A stretch of 63,811 bases of DNA, the filler included, from Polymyxa betae A26-41 (Eukaryota; Protista; Endomyxa: Phytomyxea): the NCBI GenBank assembly GCA_003693705.1. It is 6 parts of 6 records of this genome, joined end to end, with 100 filler letters (N's around TTAATTAATTAA, not from the genome) between each part and the next. Parts side by side here need not be neighbours in the genome. Positions count along the whole stretch, not along the records: positions 61,354 to 63,811 come from RBZT01000003.1; 5 more parts are not named here. One strand, 5' to 3'. Position 1 is the first letter of the stretch; every line of letters begins with the position of its first letter. Below are positions 63,526-63,811 of this stretch, piece by piece. The notes under the pieces were generated by a model, which was given only the letters and a program-made list of their open reading frames with translations, did not search any database and was not told the origin of the DNA. Made by a program: the position numbers and the translations under genes.

Positions 63526-63811
63526 TAATATAAAATTCTGAATTCCCAAACAACAGCGTACGCAGTTTGACGAACTGCGCACGCAATGGCTCCTGATGAC
63601 GGACGCATAAATCTGATGCATAACAAAGATGCGAACCTGATGGAAGTATGACGACGTACCTTAATATTAATAGGCTCGACCCCCGAGAGGTCCGTACGGC
63701 ATCCGTACGGACCGAGCTGGATTTGGGTCCTGGGATTCGAGCTGGAATAAATCAGAGTTGATAACGAGCTGTAATTCGTGTGTGTCATTTTAGTAGCGTA
63801 TCGCGATTGGA

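Overview
Eukaryotic, intron-containing DNA (introns mostly ~45-65 nt, GT-AG) from a microbial eukaryote that probably has a flagellate stage (RSPH1-like gene); a plasmodiophorid-like plant parasite is plausible but is inference only. At least five artificial N-TTAATTAATTAA-N spacers join contigs, so adjacency across them is unproven. Layout: (1) 1-17 kb nested transposon cluster (Ty3/Gypsy, degenerate Helitron plus a head-to-tail non-autonomous Helitron, CACTA-like, Ty1/Copia, Gypsy remnants). (2) 17.5-35.8 kb compact housekeeping block: coiled-coil protein, CDKAL1, RPN2, MORN/RSPH1-like, QCR6, GTPBP1/2-like, RMC1 and COPE, interrupted by a DD39D-type mariner. (3) 36-64 kb accessory region. 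The most striking element is at 36.3-38.1 kb, on one gap-free contig: a Copia-type primer-binding site, then a PEG10/chromovirus-type Gypsy gag, a G-GGA-AAC -1 frameshift and a Gypsy-type protease fused in frame to a Copia-type integrase, i.e. an apparent Gypsy/Copia hybrid LTR retrotransposon. Second is a pair of paralogous secreted, NLS-bearing, Cys-rich 'WGNPF' tandem-repeat genes (51.4-58.5 kb) that look like an unrecognised effector family. All calls come from manual motif reading; no database searches were run.
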